This document shows, piece after piece, positions 26,743 through 35,005 of a stretch of 41,062 nucleotides of DNA (its first letter is position 1; the number at the start of each line of letters is the position of its first letter). Under the pieces are notes generated by a model that was not told the origin of the DNA, searched no databases, and saw nothing but the letters and a program-made list of their open reading frames with translations. The position numbers were made by a program, and so were the translations under genes. Source of the stretch: a bacterium (lineage in GTDB: Bacteria > JBDRGX01); assembly GCA_043817485.1 (NCBI GenBank), contig JBDRGX010000078.1, forward strand, positions 1-41,062, in the 5' to 3' direction.

Positions 26743-27753
26743 ATGAATAATTTATTAAATTTTGCATTTGTAAAATATTTTATTTGTTTTTTATCCGCAA
26801 TAATCCTTTCTTTTTTAAGCACTTTATTTTTTCGAAAATTAGCAATAAAATTAAATATTTTAGATAAACCAACCAATTTAAAAAAACATTTTAAATCAAC
26901 TCCTTATTTAGGTGGATTAGCAATATATTTAACTTTTGTTATAATATGCTTATTATTTTCTCCTTTAAATAAAACACTTATAGGAATTTTAATTGGTGGA
27001 ACAATTATTGCAATAACTGGGTTAATAGATGACATTAAAGGGCTTTCTGTTCATATTAGGATATTAATTCAATTCATAGTAGCTCTTATTTTAATTATTT
27101 GTAATATAAAAATAAAATTTATCCTTAATCCTTATTTATCAATTCCTCTAAGTATTCTTTGGATTATGGGAATAACTAATGCTTTTAACATTATTGACAT
27201 TATGAATGGGTTATCGTCTGGAATAGCTTTTATTGCTTGTATTTTTTTCTTTTTAATAGCTTTTTCAATAAATAAAGTAGAAATATTGTTTCCAATAATT
27301 ATTTTGGCTGGAAGTATTTTAGGATTTTTTAAATTTAATTTTAAAAATGCTTCTATTTTTATGGGTGATTGTGGTAGTTTATTTTTAGGACTTACATTAA
27401 GTAGTATTTCTCTTGCTGAAAGTTATACAAGTAAAAATAATCTTGGGTTATTATCTCCTCTTTTAATTTTAGCCATTCCTATTTATGATACTTTTTTAGT
27501 AATGATTTTGCGAAAATTAAAAGGTAAATCTATGTTTAAAGGAAGTCCAGATCATTTTGCTTTAAGATTAAAATCATTTGGAATAAGTAATTTTAAAGTA
27601 GTTTTAATTCTTTATGGAATGAGTCTTATTTTGGGAATTTGTGGTTATTTAGTTACTATTACAACTTTTCATCAAGCAGCAATTATTTATTCTTTTGTTA
27701 TTTTAGGATTGTTAATATTGGGCTGGAAAATTGGACAATTAAAAATAAAGTAA
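26743..27753 (+). CDS. MraY/WecA-family (glycosyltransferase family 4) undecaprenyl-phosphate sugar-1-phosphate transferase
   Basis: 336 aa and polytopic. Motifs LDKP, GLIDDIKGLS, NAFNIIDIMNGLSSG and FMGDCGSLFLG. Confidence 0.85.
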   Translation: MNNLLNFAFVKYFICFLSAIILSFLSTLFFRKLAIKLNILDKPTNLKKHFKSTPYLGGLAIYLTFVIICLLFSPLNKTLIGILIGGTIIAITGLIDDIKGLSVHIRILIQFIVALILIICNIKIKFILNPYLSIPLSILWIMGITNAFNIIDIMNGLSSGIAFIACIFFFLIAFSINKVEILFPIIILAGSILGFFKFNFKNASIFMGDCGSLFLGLTLSSISLAESYTSKNNLGLLSPLLILAIPIYDTFLVMILRKLKGKSMFKGSPDHFALRLKSFGISNFKVVLILYGMSLILGICGYLVTITTFHQAAIIYSFVILGLLILGWKIGQLKIK

Positions 27754-27815
27754 TTTTTTCGAAATTACTTTCAATCAAATCTATAATCCACATAAAATTT
27801 ATTGAAAAATAAAAA

Positions 27816-27904
27816 TGGTGCCGAAGGTCGGACTTGAACCGACACGAGTTTATACAACTCGGTGGATTTTGAGTCCACTGTGTCTGCCATTTCACCACTT
27901 CGGC
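27816..27904 (-). tRNA. tRNA-Leu (anticodon CAA) with a long variable arm and an encoded CCA
   Basis: The reverse complement folds as acceptor GCCGAAG/CTTCGGC, anticodon stem GTGGA/TCCAC with loop CT-CAA-AA, variable arm CGAGTTGTATAAACTCG, T arm GTCGG-TTCAAGT-CCGAC, then ACCA. Confidence 0.95.
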
Positions 27905-27955
27905 TAATTAAAAAATTTTTATTACTTTTAAGCCCTACTTTATTTTTTAAAAAAA

Positions 27956-29131
27956 TTATTCTTTCAAAAACTCTTCTACTTTATCAAATGCTTCTTTTAA
28001 TATATCTAAACAAGGTAAAACTACACTTCGAAAATGTCCTTTACCATATTCTTCTCCAAATCCTATTCCATAAACAAATAACACTTTTTTCTTTTCTAAT
28101 AAATCTAAAACAAATTTTTTGTCATCTTGAAATCTTTTATCTTCTATCTTGGGAAAAATATAAAAAGCACCATTAGGCTTAGTTGCACTTAATCCCTTTA
28201 TTTCATTTAGTCTTTTATAAGCATATTCTCCTCTTTGCTGAATTTTTGTTCTTACTTCTTTAATAAAATCACTTTTTGTATTTAAAGCTTTTGCATAAGC
28301 AAATTGAGCTTGATGATTAGCACAAAGCCGAATTCTTGCTTGTTTAATACAAGCATCATATAAATTTTCATTATTATTACTAAAATTCATATTTCCTATT
28401 CTCCAACCAGGAGCAAGATATGCTTTAGAAAGACCATTTAATTGAACAAAAGGAATATTTTCTGCAAAAGTACACGGACTTATATGTTCTCCAAAACTTA
28501 ATTGATCGTATATTTCATCAGAAATAAGTAATAAATTATTTTTTTTAATTATTTTTATCATTTCTTGAATTACTTCTTTTGAATAAAGAGCACCTGTAGG
28601 ATTATTAGGATTAATAATAACAATTGCTTTTGTTTTATCATTTATTTTTTCTTCAATATCTTTTAAATCTGGTTGCCAATTTTCTTGTTCTATTGTTCTA
28701 TATTCTACTGGAATTCCTCCAAAATATTTAACAAAAGAAATATATGGAGGATAACTTGGCCCTGGAATTAAAATTTGATCACCTTCTTCTACTAATGCAC
28801 CAAATAAAAATAAAAGTGCTTCAGAAACACCAGATGTAATAATAATTTTATCACTATTTATGTCTAAATTATGAAATTCTTGCTCTCTTTTTACAATTGC
28901 TTCACGAAGTATTTTAATACCTTCAGAAGAAGAATAACCATTATCTTTAAATTTTATTGCTTCTATATAAGCTTCTTTAATAAATTCTGGTGTATCAAAA
29001 TCATATTTATTTGGATCTCCAATATTTAATTTTAAAATTTTATGCCCTTGTTTTTCTAATTTATCTGCTTCTACAACAACATCTCTAATAGCATACTCAA
29101 TAGAATTAGAACGACGACTAACTTGAATCAT
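27956..29131 (-). CDS. class I/II PLP-dependent aminotransferase (alanine/aspartate aminotransferase-like)
   Basis: N-terminal IEYAIRDVVVEADKLEKQGHKILKLNIGDP, then IINPNNPTGALY and the PLP-lysine block NGLSKAYLAPGWRIG. 391 aa. Confidence 0.85.
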   Translation of the reverse strand: MIQVSRRSNSIEYAIRDVVVEADKLEKQGHKILKLNIGDPNKYDFDTPEFIKEAYIEAIKFKDNGYSSSEGIKILREAIVKREQEFHNLDINSDKIIITSGVSEALLFLFGALVEEGDQILIPGPSYPPYISFVKYFGGIPVEYRTIEQENWQPDLKDIEEKINDKTKAIVIINPNNPTGALYSKEVIQEMIKIIKKNNLLLISDEIYDQLSFGEHISPCTFAENIPFVQLNGLSKAYLAPGWRIGNMNFSNNNENLYDACIKQARIRLCANHQAQFAYAKALNTKSDFIKEVRTKIQQRGEYAYKRLNEIKGLSATKPNGAFYIFPKIEDKRFQDDKKFVLDLLEKKKVLFVYGIGFGEEYGKGHFRSVVLPCLDILKEAFDKVEEFLKE

Positions 29132-29262
29132 AAAAATTTCCTTTTATTTATTGTTTATACTTTTTTTTAAAAATTTTAGTATAAAATATTTACTTTTCTC
29201 TAATTTGTTAATGTTTTTTTAAATTTTTTAAAATCTCAACCCATATAAAAACCTATATTTTT

Positions 29263-29284
29263 TATCCCAAGTCGCATTAAAATG
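29263..29284. repeat. solo terminal repeat of MITE family A
   Basis: TATCCCAAGTCGCATTAAAATG(CTAAC) matches the family A end consensus. No convincing partner arm nearby. Confidence 0.4.
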
Positions 29285-29345
29285 CTAACTATTTTTTTTC
29301 CAAATAATTGTAAGAATCTTTCAAAAATACTATTACTTTATTTTA

Positions 29346-30701
29346 TCATAAATCTAAATAATCAATTACTTCTTCTAATTTTTGAACACCTTTTATTTTA
29401 ATTTTAAATTTTTTTAAATCTTTCAAATTTTTTTCAGGAATAATACATTCTAAAAATCCCATTTTTTCTGCTTCAATAATCCTTTTTTCTATTTGCGTTA
29501 CAGCTCTTATTTCTCCTCCTAAACCAACTTCTCCTATAAAAACAACTTTATTATCAATTACTGTGTTTCTAAAATTAGAAACAACAGCCATAATTATTCC
29601 TAAATCTATTCCCGGTTCAATTATTTTTATTCCACCTGCCACATTTATATAAATATCCATTTGCTGAATAATATATTTAGTTTTTTTTTCTAAAACAGCC
29701 AATAAAAGACAAAGCCTATTATAATCTGCTCCCAAAGCCATTCTTCTAGGAATGCCAAAATTTGTAGGAGTAACTAATGCTTGTAATTCAACTAAAACTG
29801 GTCTTGTTCCTTCAATAGTACAAACTACCACAGATCCAGAAGAAAAAATTTTATCTGACAAAAAAACTTGAGAAAGATCTATTACTTCTTTTAACCCATT
29901 TACTTCCATTTTAAAAACACCTATTTCATTTGTAGAGCCAAATCTATTTTTAACTGCTCTTAAAATTCTAAAAGTTTGAAATCTTTCTCCTTCAAAATAT
30001 AAAACAGTATCTACTAAATGTTCTATTATTCGAGGTCCTGCAATTATTCCTTCTTTAGTTACATGCCCAATAATAAAAATAGGAATATTTAATCCTTTTG
30101 CTAAATTCATAAGATAGGCAGCTGATTCTCTTGTTTGAGAAACACTGCCAAAAGATGAAGAATTTTCTGGAAGAAAAATTGTTTGAATAGAATCTATAAT
30201 TACTAATTGCGGATTAAGTTCTTTAATATATTCTTCTATTATTTTTAAATTTGTTTCAGATACAAGGTATAATTCTTGAGATGGGATTTCTAATCTTTCA
30301 GATCTTAATTTTATTTGCTGAATAGATTCTTCTCCAGATACATAAAGTACTTTTCCATAAGTATTACTAAAATAACTTGCAATTTGTAAAAGAAGAGTAG
30401 ATTTTCCAATACCAGGTTCTCCTCCTACCATGACAAAAGATCCAGGAACAATTCCTCCACCTAAAACACGATCAAATTCAGAAATTTGAGTAAAAAATCT
30501 ATTTACTTTTTCAGAAGAAATTTCATTTAATAATATTGGTTTAATAGATTTAAAAACTGGTCTTTTATTTTTTTCATCAGATAAAATTTCTTTTTCTTCA
30601 GAAAAAGTATTCCATTTTTCACAACAAGGACATTTCCCTAACCATTTATAACTTTTATATCCGCATTCTTGACAATAATATATTATTTTTTCTTTAGCCA
30701 T
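29346..30701 (-). CDS. radA: DNA repair protein RadA/Sms
   Basis: N-terminal zinc finger YYCQECGYKSYKWLGKCPCC, Walker A GEPGIGKST, the KNRFG motif and a Lon-like C-terminal domain. 451 aa. Confidence 0.95.
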   Translation of the reverse strand: MAKEKIIYYCQECGYKSYKWLGKCPCCEKWNTFSEEKEILSDEKNKRPVFKSIKPILLNEISSEKVNRFFTQISEFDRVLGGGIVPGSFVMVGGEPGIGKSTLLLQIASYFSNTYGKVLYVSGEESIQQIKLRSERLEIPSQELYLVSETNLKIIEEYIKELNPQLVIIDSIQTIFLPENSSSFGSVSQTRESAAYLMNLAKGLNIPIFIIGHVTKEGIIAGPRIIEHLVDTVLYFEGERFQTFRILRAVKNRFGSTNEIGVFKMEVNGLKEVIDLSQVFLSDKIFSSGSVVVCTIEGTRPVLVELQALVTPTNFGIPRRMALGADYNRLCLLLAVLEKKTKYIIQQMDIYINVAGGIKIIEPGIDLGIIMAVVSNFRNTVIDNKVVFIGEVGLGGEIRAVTQIEKRIIEAEKMGFLECIIPEKNLKDLKKFKIKIKGVQKLEEVIDYLDL

Positions 30702-31057
30702 TATTTTTTTTTAAGTAATTTCCAAGGATTTTTTTTTAAATCTTCTGTTAATTCTTTAAGATTTTTAGTGGTTTCAAAAATATTGTTATATAAATCTTCT
30801 TCTTGAATTAATTTTCCCAATGTTCCTTTTTTTACATCAATTTGAGAAATTATTGTATTTAATTGTTCTGTAATTTTTTCTAAATTTACAATAGTATTTT
30901 TCATTTTTTTATCTGCAGTTATTTCTTTTATATTAGTTAAAATTTGTGCTAAATTTTTTTTATTAGAACTTATCATATCATTTAAATTTTCTAAAGTTAT
31001 ATTTGCATTTTTTGAATTTTTTTCTAATTCATAAGAAATTTTTTTTTGAATTTGCAA
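30701..31057 (-). CDS. C-terminal coiled-coil portion of a split MlaD/MCE-family gene
   Basis: 118-aa ORF with only a TTG start, overlapping the preceding MlaD ORF by 29 nt. The repetitive L..L/N..L helical sequence is typical of MlaD-family tails. Its stop overlaps the radA start (TAATG). Confidence 0.5.
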   Translation of the reverse strand: MQIQKKISYELEKNSKNANITLENLNDMISSNKKNLAQILTNIKEITADKKMKNTIVNLEKITEQLNTIISQIDVKKGTLGKLIQEEDLYNNIFETTKNLKELTEDLKKNPWKLLKKK

Positions 31058-31640
31058 CTACTTCTCCTAAATGTTTTTCATCTAATAAAGTATTTAATTT
31101 TTCTGTGGCTTGATAAATATTATCAACAATTTTTTTTATTTTATCTTGAGATTTTTCATCAGTACTTATTTTTTCAACTACTTGTTGCATTTTTTTAGTA
31201 ATGTCTTCTATCATATCACCTAATATCGCATAATTAATTGGTTCTTTCCCTTTAAATACTTCATTTTTTTCAATTAAAGGAAAATTTCTAGTACCTTGAC
31301 TAATATCAATAATTTTTTCACCCATTAACCCAAGTGTATTAACATAAAATTGAGCATTTTTTCTTATTTTTATTTCGTCAGGCACCCAAATTTTTACTAT
31401 TACAAAATTTTTATCTTCTTTTTCTGCAATTTTTACAAAAACAACTTTACCTACTTTTACTCCTCCTAAATAAACACCAGTTTTAGCTTTTAATCCAGCA
31501 GCATAATCAAAAATAAGAGAAAAATTATATCCTTTTTCAAAAAGATTAAATTTTCCTACTAATAAAACCATTGTTAATAAAAAAATAAAAGCTAAAAAAA
31601 CAACCATACCTACTTTTGTTTCATTAGATATTTTTTTCAT
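31029..31640 (-). CDS. mlaD: MlaD/MCE-domain protein (N-terminal portion, reading frame broken at a homopolymer)
   Basis: TM anchor ETKVGMVVFLAFIFLL, then the MCE domain (F....GLK....V.LGGVKVGKV...I). The ORF ends just after a run of 9 A (gene sense). Confidence 0.75.
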   Translation of the reverse strand: MKKISNETKVGMVVFLAFIFLLTMVLLVGKFNLFEKGYNFSLIFDYAAGLKAKTGVYLGGVKVGKVVFVKIAEKEDKNFVIVKIWVPDEIKIRKNAQFYVNTLGLMGEKIIDISQGTRNFPLIEKNEVFKGKEPINYAILGDMIEDITKKMQQVVEKISTDEKSQDKIKKIVDNIYQATEKLNTLLDEKHLGEVVANSKKNFL

Positions 31641-31681
31641 ATATTTTTCCTTAAAATTTTAAAATTTCTAATTTTCTAAAA

Positions 31682-32356
31682 TTACTTTATCCCTACTTCT
31701 TCAACATGATGTCTTATATCTTTTCCTAATACCATAAAAATAACATCTTCAGCAATATTAGTAGCATGATCTCCAATTCGTTCTAAATGTCTTGAAATAA
31801 GAATTATTATTAAAATTTGTTCAAGAATTTGTGGGTTAGAAAGTCCTAATGTTAACAATTCTCTAAATATTTGATCTTTTAATTTATCTACTTCATTATC
31901 CATTAAAAGAACGCTTTTTGCTAAATTTACATCCTTATTTATAAATGATTCTAAACTTTTTTTAACCATTTCCATTGAAAGCAAGCTCATTTTTGGAAGA
32001 TTATTATGTGGTTCTAATTGAGGTTGCTTAAGTATTAAAGAAACGCTTTGTCCAATATTTACTGCTAAATCAGCAATTCTTTCTAATTCACTATTAATTT
32101 TCATTCCACCAGTAATAAACCGTAAATCAGCAGCTATTGGTTGATAAAGAGCTAAAAGATTTAAACACAATTCATCTATTTCTACATGAAAATGATTAAT
32201 TTCATTTTCATGTAAAAAAACTTCTTGAATTAAATTTTCTTCTTTTTGCATTAAAGATTTTATTGCTAAATCAACCATTTTTTCTGAAGTATTTCCCATT
32301 AAAAAAAGAGTTTCTTTTAATTCTTTTAATTTTTCATCAAAATGATGTCTTTGCAT
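31682..32356 (-). CDS. phoU: phosphate signalling complex protein PhoU
   Basis: 224 aa with two PhoU repeats carrying the E..ERI(A/G)D.A.NIA motif (ELERIADLAVNIG and HLERIGDHATNIAED). Confidence 0.9.
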   Translation of the reverse strand: MQRHHFDEKLKELKETLFLMGNTSEKMVDLAIKSLMQKEENLIQEVFLHENEINHFHVEIDELCLNLLALYQPIAADLRFITGGMKINSELERIADLAVNIGQSVSLILKQPQLEPHNNLPKMSLLSMEMVKKSLESFINKDVNLAKSVLLMDNEVDKLKDQIFRELLTLGLSNPQILEQILIIILISRHLERIGDHATNIAEDVIFMVLGKDIRHHVEEVGIK

Positions 32357-32381
32357 TAGATTTCCTTTCTAAATTTTAATT

Positions 32382-32463
32382 TATACCAAGTCGTATTCAA
32401 ATGTTAACTTTATTGGCTTTGTTATCGTCTCATTGCTTATCATTTTAAATGCAACTTAGTATA
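32382..32463. mobile_element. MITE-like element, family A, 82-bp copy between pstB2 and phoU
   Basis: TATACCAAGTCGTATTCAAATG ... CATTTTAAATGCAACTTAGTATA form ~22-bp inverted termini. They match the ends of the rnpB P3 insert. Confidence 0.6.
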
Positions 32464-32494
32464 AGTTTTAAAAAAAACTTTAAAAATTATTTTT

Positions 32495-33250
32495 TTAGCC
32501 AAACCTACCAGTAATATAGTTTTCAGTTTGTTTTTCTTGTGGATTTGTAAATATTTTGTTTGTTACCCCAAATTCTACTAATTCACCTAATAACATAAAT
32601 CCTGTTTCATCTGAAATTCTTGATGCTTGTTGCATATTATGGGTCACAATAACAATTGTATAATCATTTTTTAAAAAATAAATTAGCTCTTCTACTTTTT
32701 GAGTGGCAATAGGATCTAATGCAGAACAAGGTTCATCCATAAGCAAAATTTCTGGTTTTATTGGTAAAAGCCGAGCAATACATAATCGTTGTTGTTGTTC
32801 TAATGAAAGTTTTAAAGCTGAAGTATGCAATTTATCTTTTAATTCATCCCATAACATTACAGATTCTAAAGAGTTTTTTACAGCTTTTTCTATTTCCTCT
32901 TTTTTAATAGATATATGATGAATTCTAAATCCAAAAGCAATATTTTCAAATACAGAAAAGGGAAATGGATTAGGTCTTTGAAAAACCATACCAACTTTTT
33001 TTCGAAGATTAATTAAATTTGCTTTTGGATGGTATATATCTTCATTATCAATAATTACTTTACCTTCAATTTTTATTTTTTCAATCAAATCATTCATTCT
33101 ATTAAACACTCGCAATAAAGTTGATTTTCCACAACCAGATGGACCTATTAAAGCAGTAATCTTATTTGGTTGAATTTCAACATTTACTTCTTTTAATGCT
33201 TGAAATTTTCCATAATAAAGATTTAAATCTGAAGTTTTAATAATTGCCAA
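32495..33250 (-). CDS. pstB: phosphate ABC transporter ATP-binding protein, paralog 2 (catalytic motifs canonical, signature motif degenerate)
   Basis: Walker A GPSGCGKST, Q-loop VGMVFQRPNPFP, Walker B LLMDEP, H-loop VTHN and the PstB C-terminus ENYITGRFG are canonical. The ABC signature reads LSLEQQQRL instead of LSGGQQQRL. Confidence 0.9.
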   Translation of the reverse strand: MAIIKTSDLNLYYGKFQALKEVNVEIQPNKITALIGPSGCGKSTLLRVFNRMNDLIEKIKIEGKVIIDNEDIYHPKANLINLRKKVGMVFQRPNPFPFSVFENIAFGFRIHHISIKKEEIEKAVKNSLESVMLWDELKDKLHTSALKLSLEQQQRLCIARLLPIKPEILLMDEPCSALDPIATQKVEELIYFLKNDYTIVIVTHNMQQASRISDETGFMLLGELVEFGVTNKIFTNPQEKQTENYITGRFG

Positions 33251-33395
33251 AAAATTCTCCTATATTGAAAAATTTAATCAAACTTTTTTATAAAATTGCA
33301 TTAATATTTTTTTATAATTTTGCATTTTATTTACAATCATTTCATGAAAATACATTTTTGAAATTACTTCTTTTTTAAAATTTGAATATTTAAAA

Positions 33396-34046
33396 TTATT
33401 GTGAAATCATATAAACCAACCCCTCATCAATCTTTTCAAGATCTAATAGTACTTTTTCTCTCCTTGGAGAGCCATCAGCATTTCTGAAATCTCTCTGAAA
33501 CGAACCACATTTAACCAAGGTGTCATCTGTTATTTCAATGAAGGAAATTTGCTGTAAATCAAAAGATACCTTTCTTAATCTTGACCATGCACCTCTTTTT
33601 ATTCGTTCAATTGAATATTCCGATAATCCACCTTTCAACACTTCATGCCATTTCTGAAATGTTCTACCCTCATCGTTATATAAAACTTTTCCTAAAGCAA
33701 GAATTAAACCAACTGCTTTATAATCCTTAATTCCATTTACAGTGGCTTCACTATCATTAACGATTATTTGGTGACTACTTGTGTTAATAGCATGTGCTTT
33801 GAAATCCCATGGGATATTTTTAAAACCATCAAATTCAACATTCCCATATTTTTGTCCAGGAATCTCCATAATATCTAATAAATATCTCTCACAAAGAAAT
33901 TGAAAATAAAAGCCAATCCATTCCATTTGCTTCCAATGTGAATAATTTGCATTTTTCATCTCCAAGATTGATTTTCTTCCATCCCATATTTTTGGAATTT
34001 TTTTTAATTTTTTTTCAATCTGTTTAGCGGTTTCTAAAAAAGTCAT
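33396..34046 (-). CDS. putative type II restriction endonuclease (PD-(D/E)xK candidate)
   Basis: 216-aa ORF whose ATG overlaps the methyltransferase stop (ATGA). Possible catalytic pattern VEFDG-x7-DFK. Its composition is clearly less AT-rich than its neighbours. No family recognised by eye. Confidence 0.45.
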   Translation of the reverse strand: MTFLETAKQIEKKLKKIPKIWDGRKSILEMKNANYSHWKQMEWIGFYFQFLCERYLLDIMEIPGQKYGNVEFDGFKNIPWDFKAHAINTSSHQIIVNDSEATVNGIKDYKAVGLILALGKVLYNDEGRTFQKWHEVLKGGLSEYSIERIKRGAWSRLRKVSFDLQQISFIEITDDTLVKCGSFQRDFRNADGSPRREKVLLDLEKIDEGLVYMISQ

Positions 34047-34900
34047 TTCCCCTTCTCCATGTCAAATAGTGTTAATAATGTTTGGTTTTTAGAATTTTCA
34101 TTTATTTTTTTAATCCTATAAATATTTTCTTCTAATCGTTTTTTTGCAAATTCATAATAATCTTTTACAATTTCAAATCCAATATACTGCCTTCTTCTCA
34201 TTTTGCTAACAATTGCTATCTGTCCTGAACCTAAAAATGGATCCAAAACAATATCTCCTTCTTCACTTGAATACATAAGTATTTTTTCAATTAATTCAGC
34301 AGGTAATTTTGTAGGAGTTTTTTGGTCGCCTGTCCAATATTCTCTTTTTATTATCCAAACATCTTCTTTATCTTTATAATGTAAACTCCCACCATCTTTA
34401 TCATTATCTTCTTTTCCATATCTTGAATAAGGGAAAAATTTTTTCTTTTCATCATTTTTACAGACATAAAGACAATGATAATGAGAAGTGACAAATTTTC
34501 TTTTTGTTACTACTCCAAATTGATATTTCCAGATAATATGATTTATTGTGATAAAACCCAATTCATCAATGACTATTAAAATATCCTTTAGATTATTCCA
34601 GCCAGAAAAAACATACATACTCCCTGAATCTTTAAGAACTCTGTATATTTCTTTCATCCATTTTATTGTAAAATTGAAGTATTCTGTTTTGGGTATCTCA
34701 TTGTATCCTTCTATAACACTTGAAGATGTTCTATTGTAATTGTTTCTTTTTGCTTTGAAATCTATAGCAAAAGGTGGGTCAGTAATAACAAGGTCTATTG
34801 TATTATTAGGAATACCTTTTATTCCTTCTATACAATCCATATTATAGATTTCATTAAATTTTAGATTTTCCATATTTTTACTTTCTTTTATTAATAACAA
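34043..34900 (-). CDS. beta-class N6-adenine/N4-cytosine DNA methyltransferase (DPPF type, probably m6A)
   Basis: Motif IV IDLVITDPPF lies near the N-terminus and motif I DIVLDPFLGSGQ near the C-terminus, which is the beta-class order. An alternative start is at 34873 (MENLKFNEIYNMDC). Confidence 0.85.
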   Translation of the reverse strand: MLLIKESKNMENLKFNEIYNMDCIEGIKGIPNNTIDLVITDPPFAIDFKAKRNNYNRTSSSVIEGYNEIPKTEYFNFTIKWMKEIYRVLKDSGSMYVFSGWNNLKDILIVIDELGFITINHIIWKYQFGVVTKRKFVTSHYHCLYVCKNDEKKKFFPYSRYGKEDNDKDGGSLHYKDKEDVWIIKREYWTGDQKTPTKLPAELIEKILMYSSEEGDIVLDPFLGSGQIAIVSKMRRRQYIGFEIVKDYYEFAKKRLEENIYRIKKINENSKNQTLLTLFDMEKGK

Positions 34901-35005
34901 AAAATAATTAACGAATGACTTAAAAAATTATGAGATAAATAAAATATATCTACTGATAGAATTCTTTATGTCAATTAATTTAAGCCGTTACATATATTAT
35001 TTTTT

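Noticed and set aside
27698-28176. ORFs 27698..27898 (-) and 27862..28176 (+) around the tRNA.
   Set aside because: Both run through the tRNA-Leu gene and/or the ends of the WecA-like and aminotransferase genes. There is no RBS or family signal, so they are artefacts of open frames.
31039-31047. Programmed -1 ribosomal frameshifting on the A-run in mlaD.
   Set aside because: The downstream ORF is in the +1 frame relative to the upstream one, and a -1 slip runs into a stop within a few codons. A one-base indel (sequencing error, mutation or phase variation) explains it more simply.
34898-34987. A weak resemblance of the spacer upstream of the methyltransferase (TTAACGAATGACTTAA ... GCCGTTACATATAT) to the ends of the 295-bp repeat.
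   Set aside because: Only ~12-14 nt stretches match, with an indel and an inconsistent orientation of the left piece. This is within what AT-rich DNA can give by chance, so it is not called as a copy.
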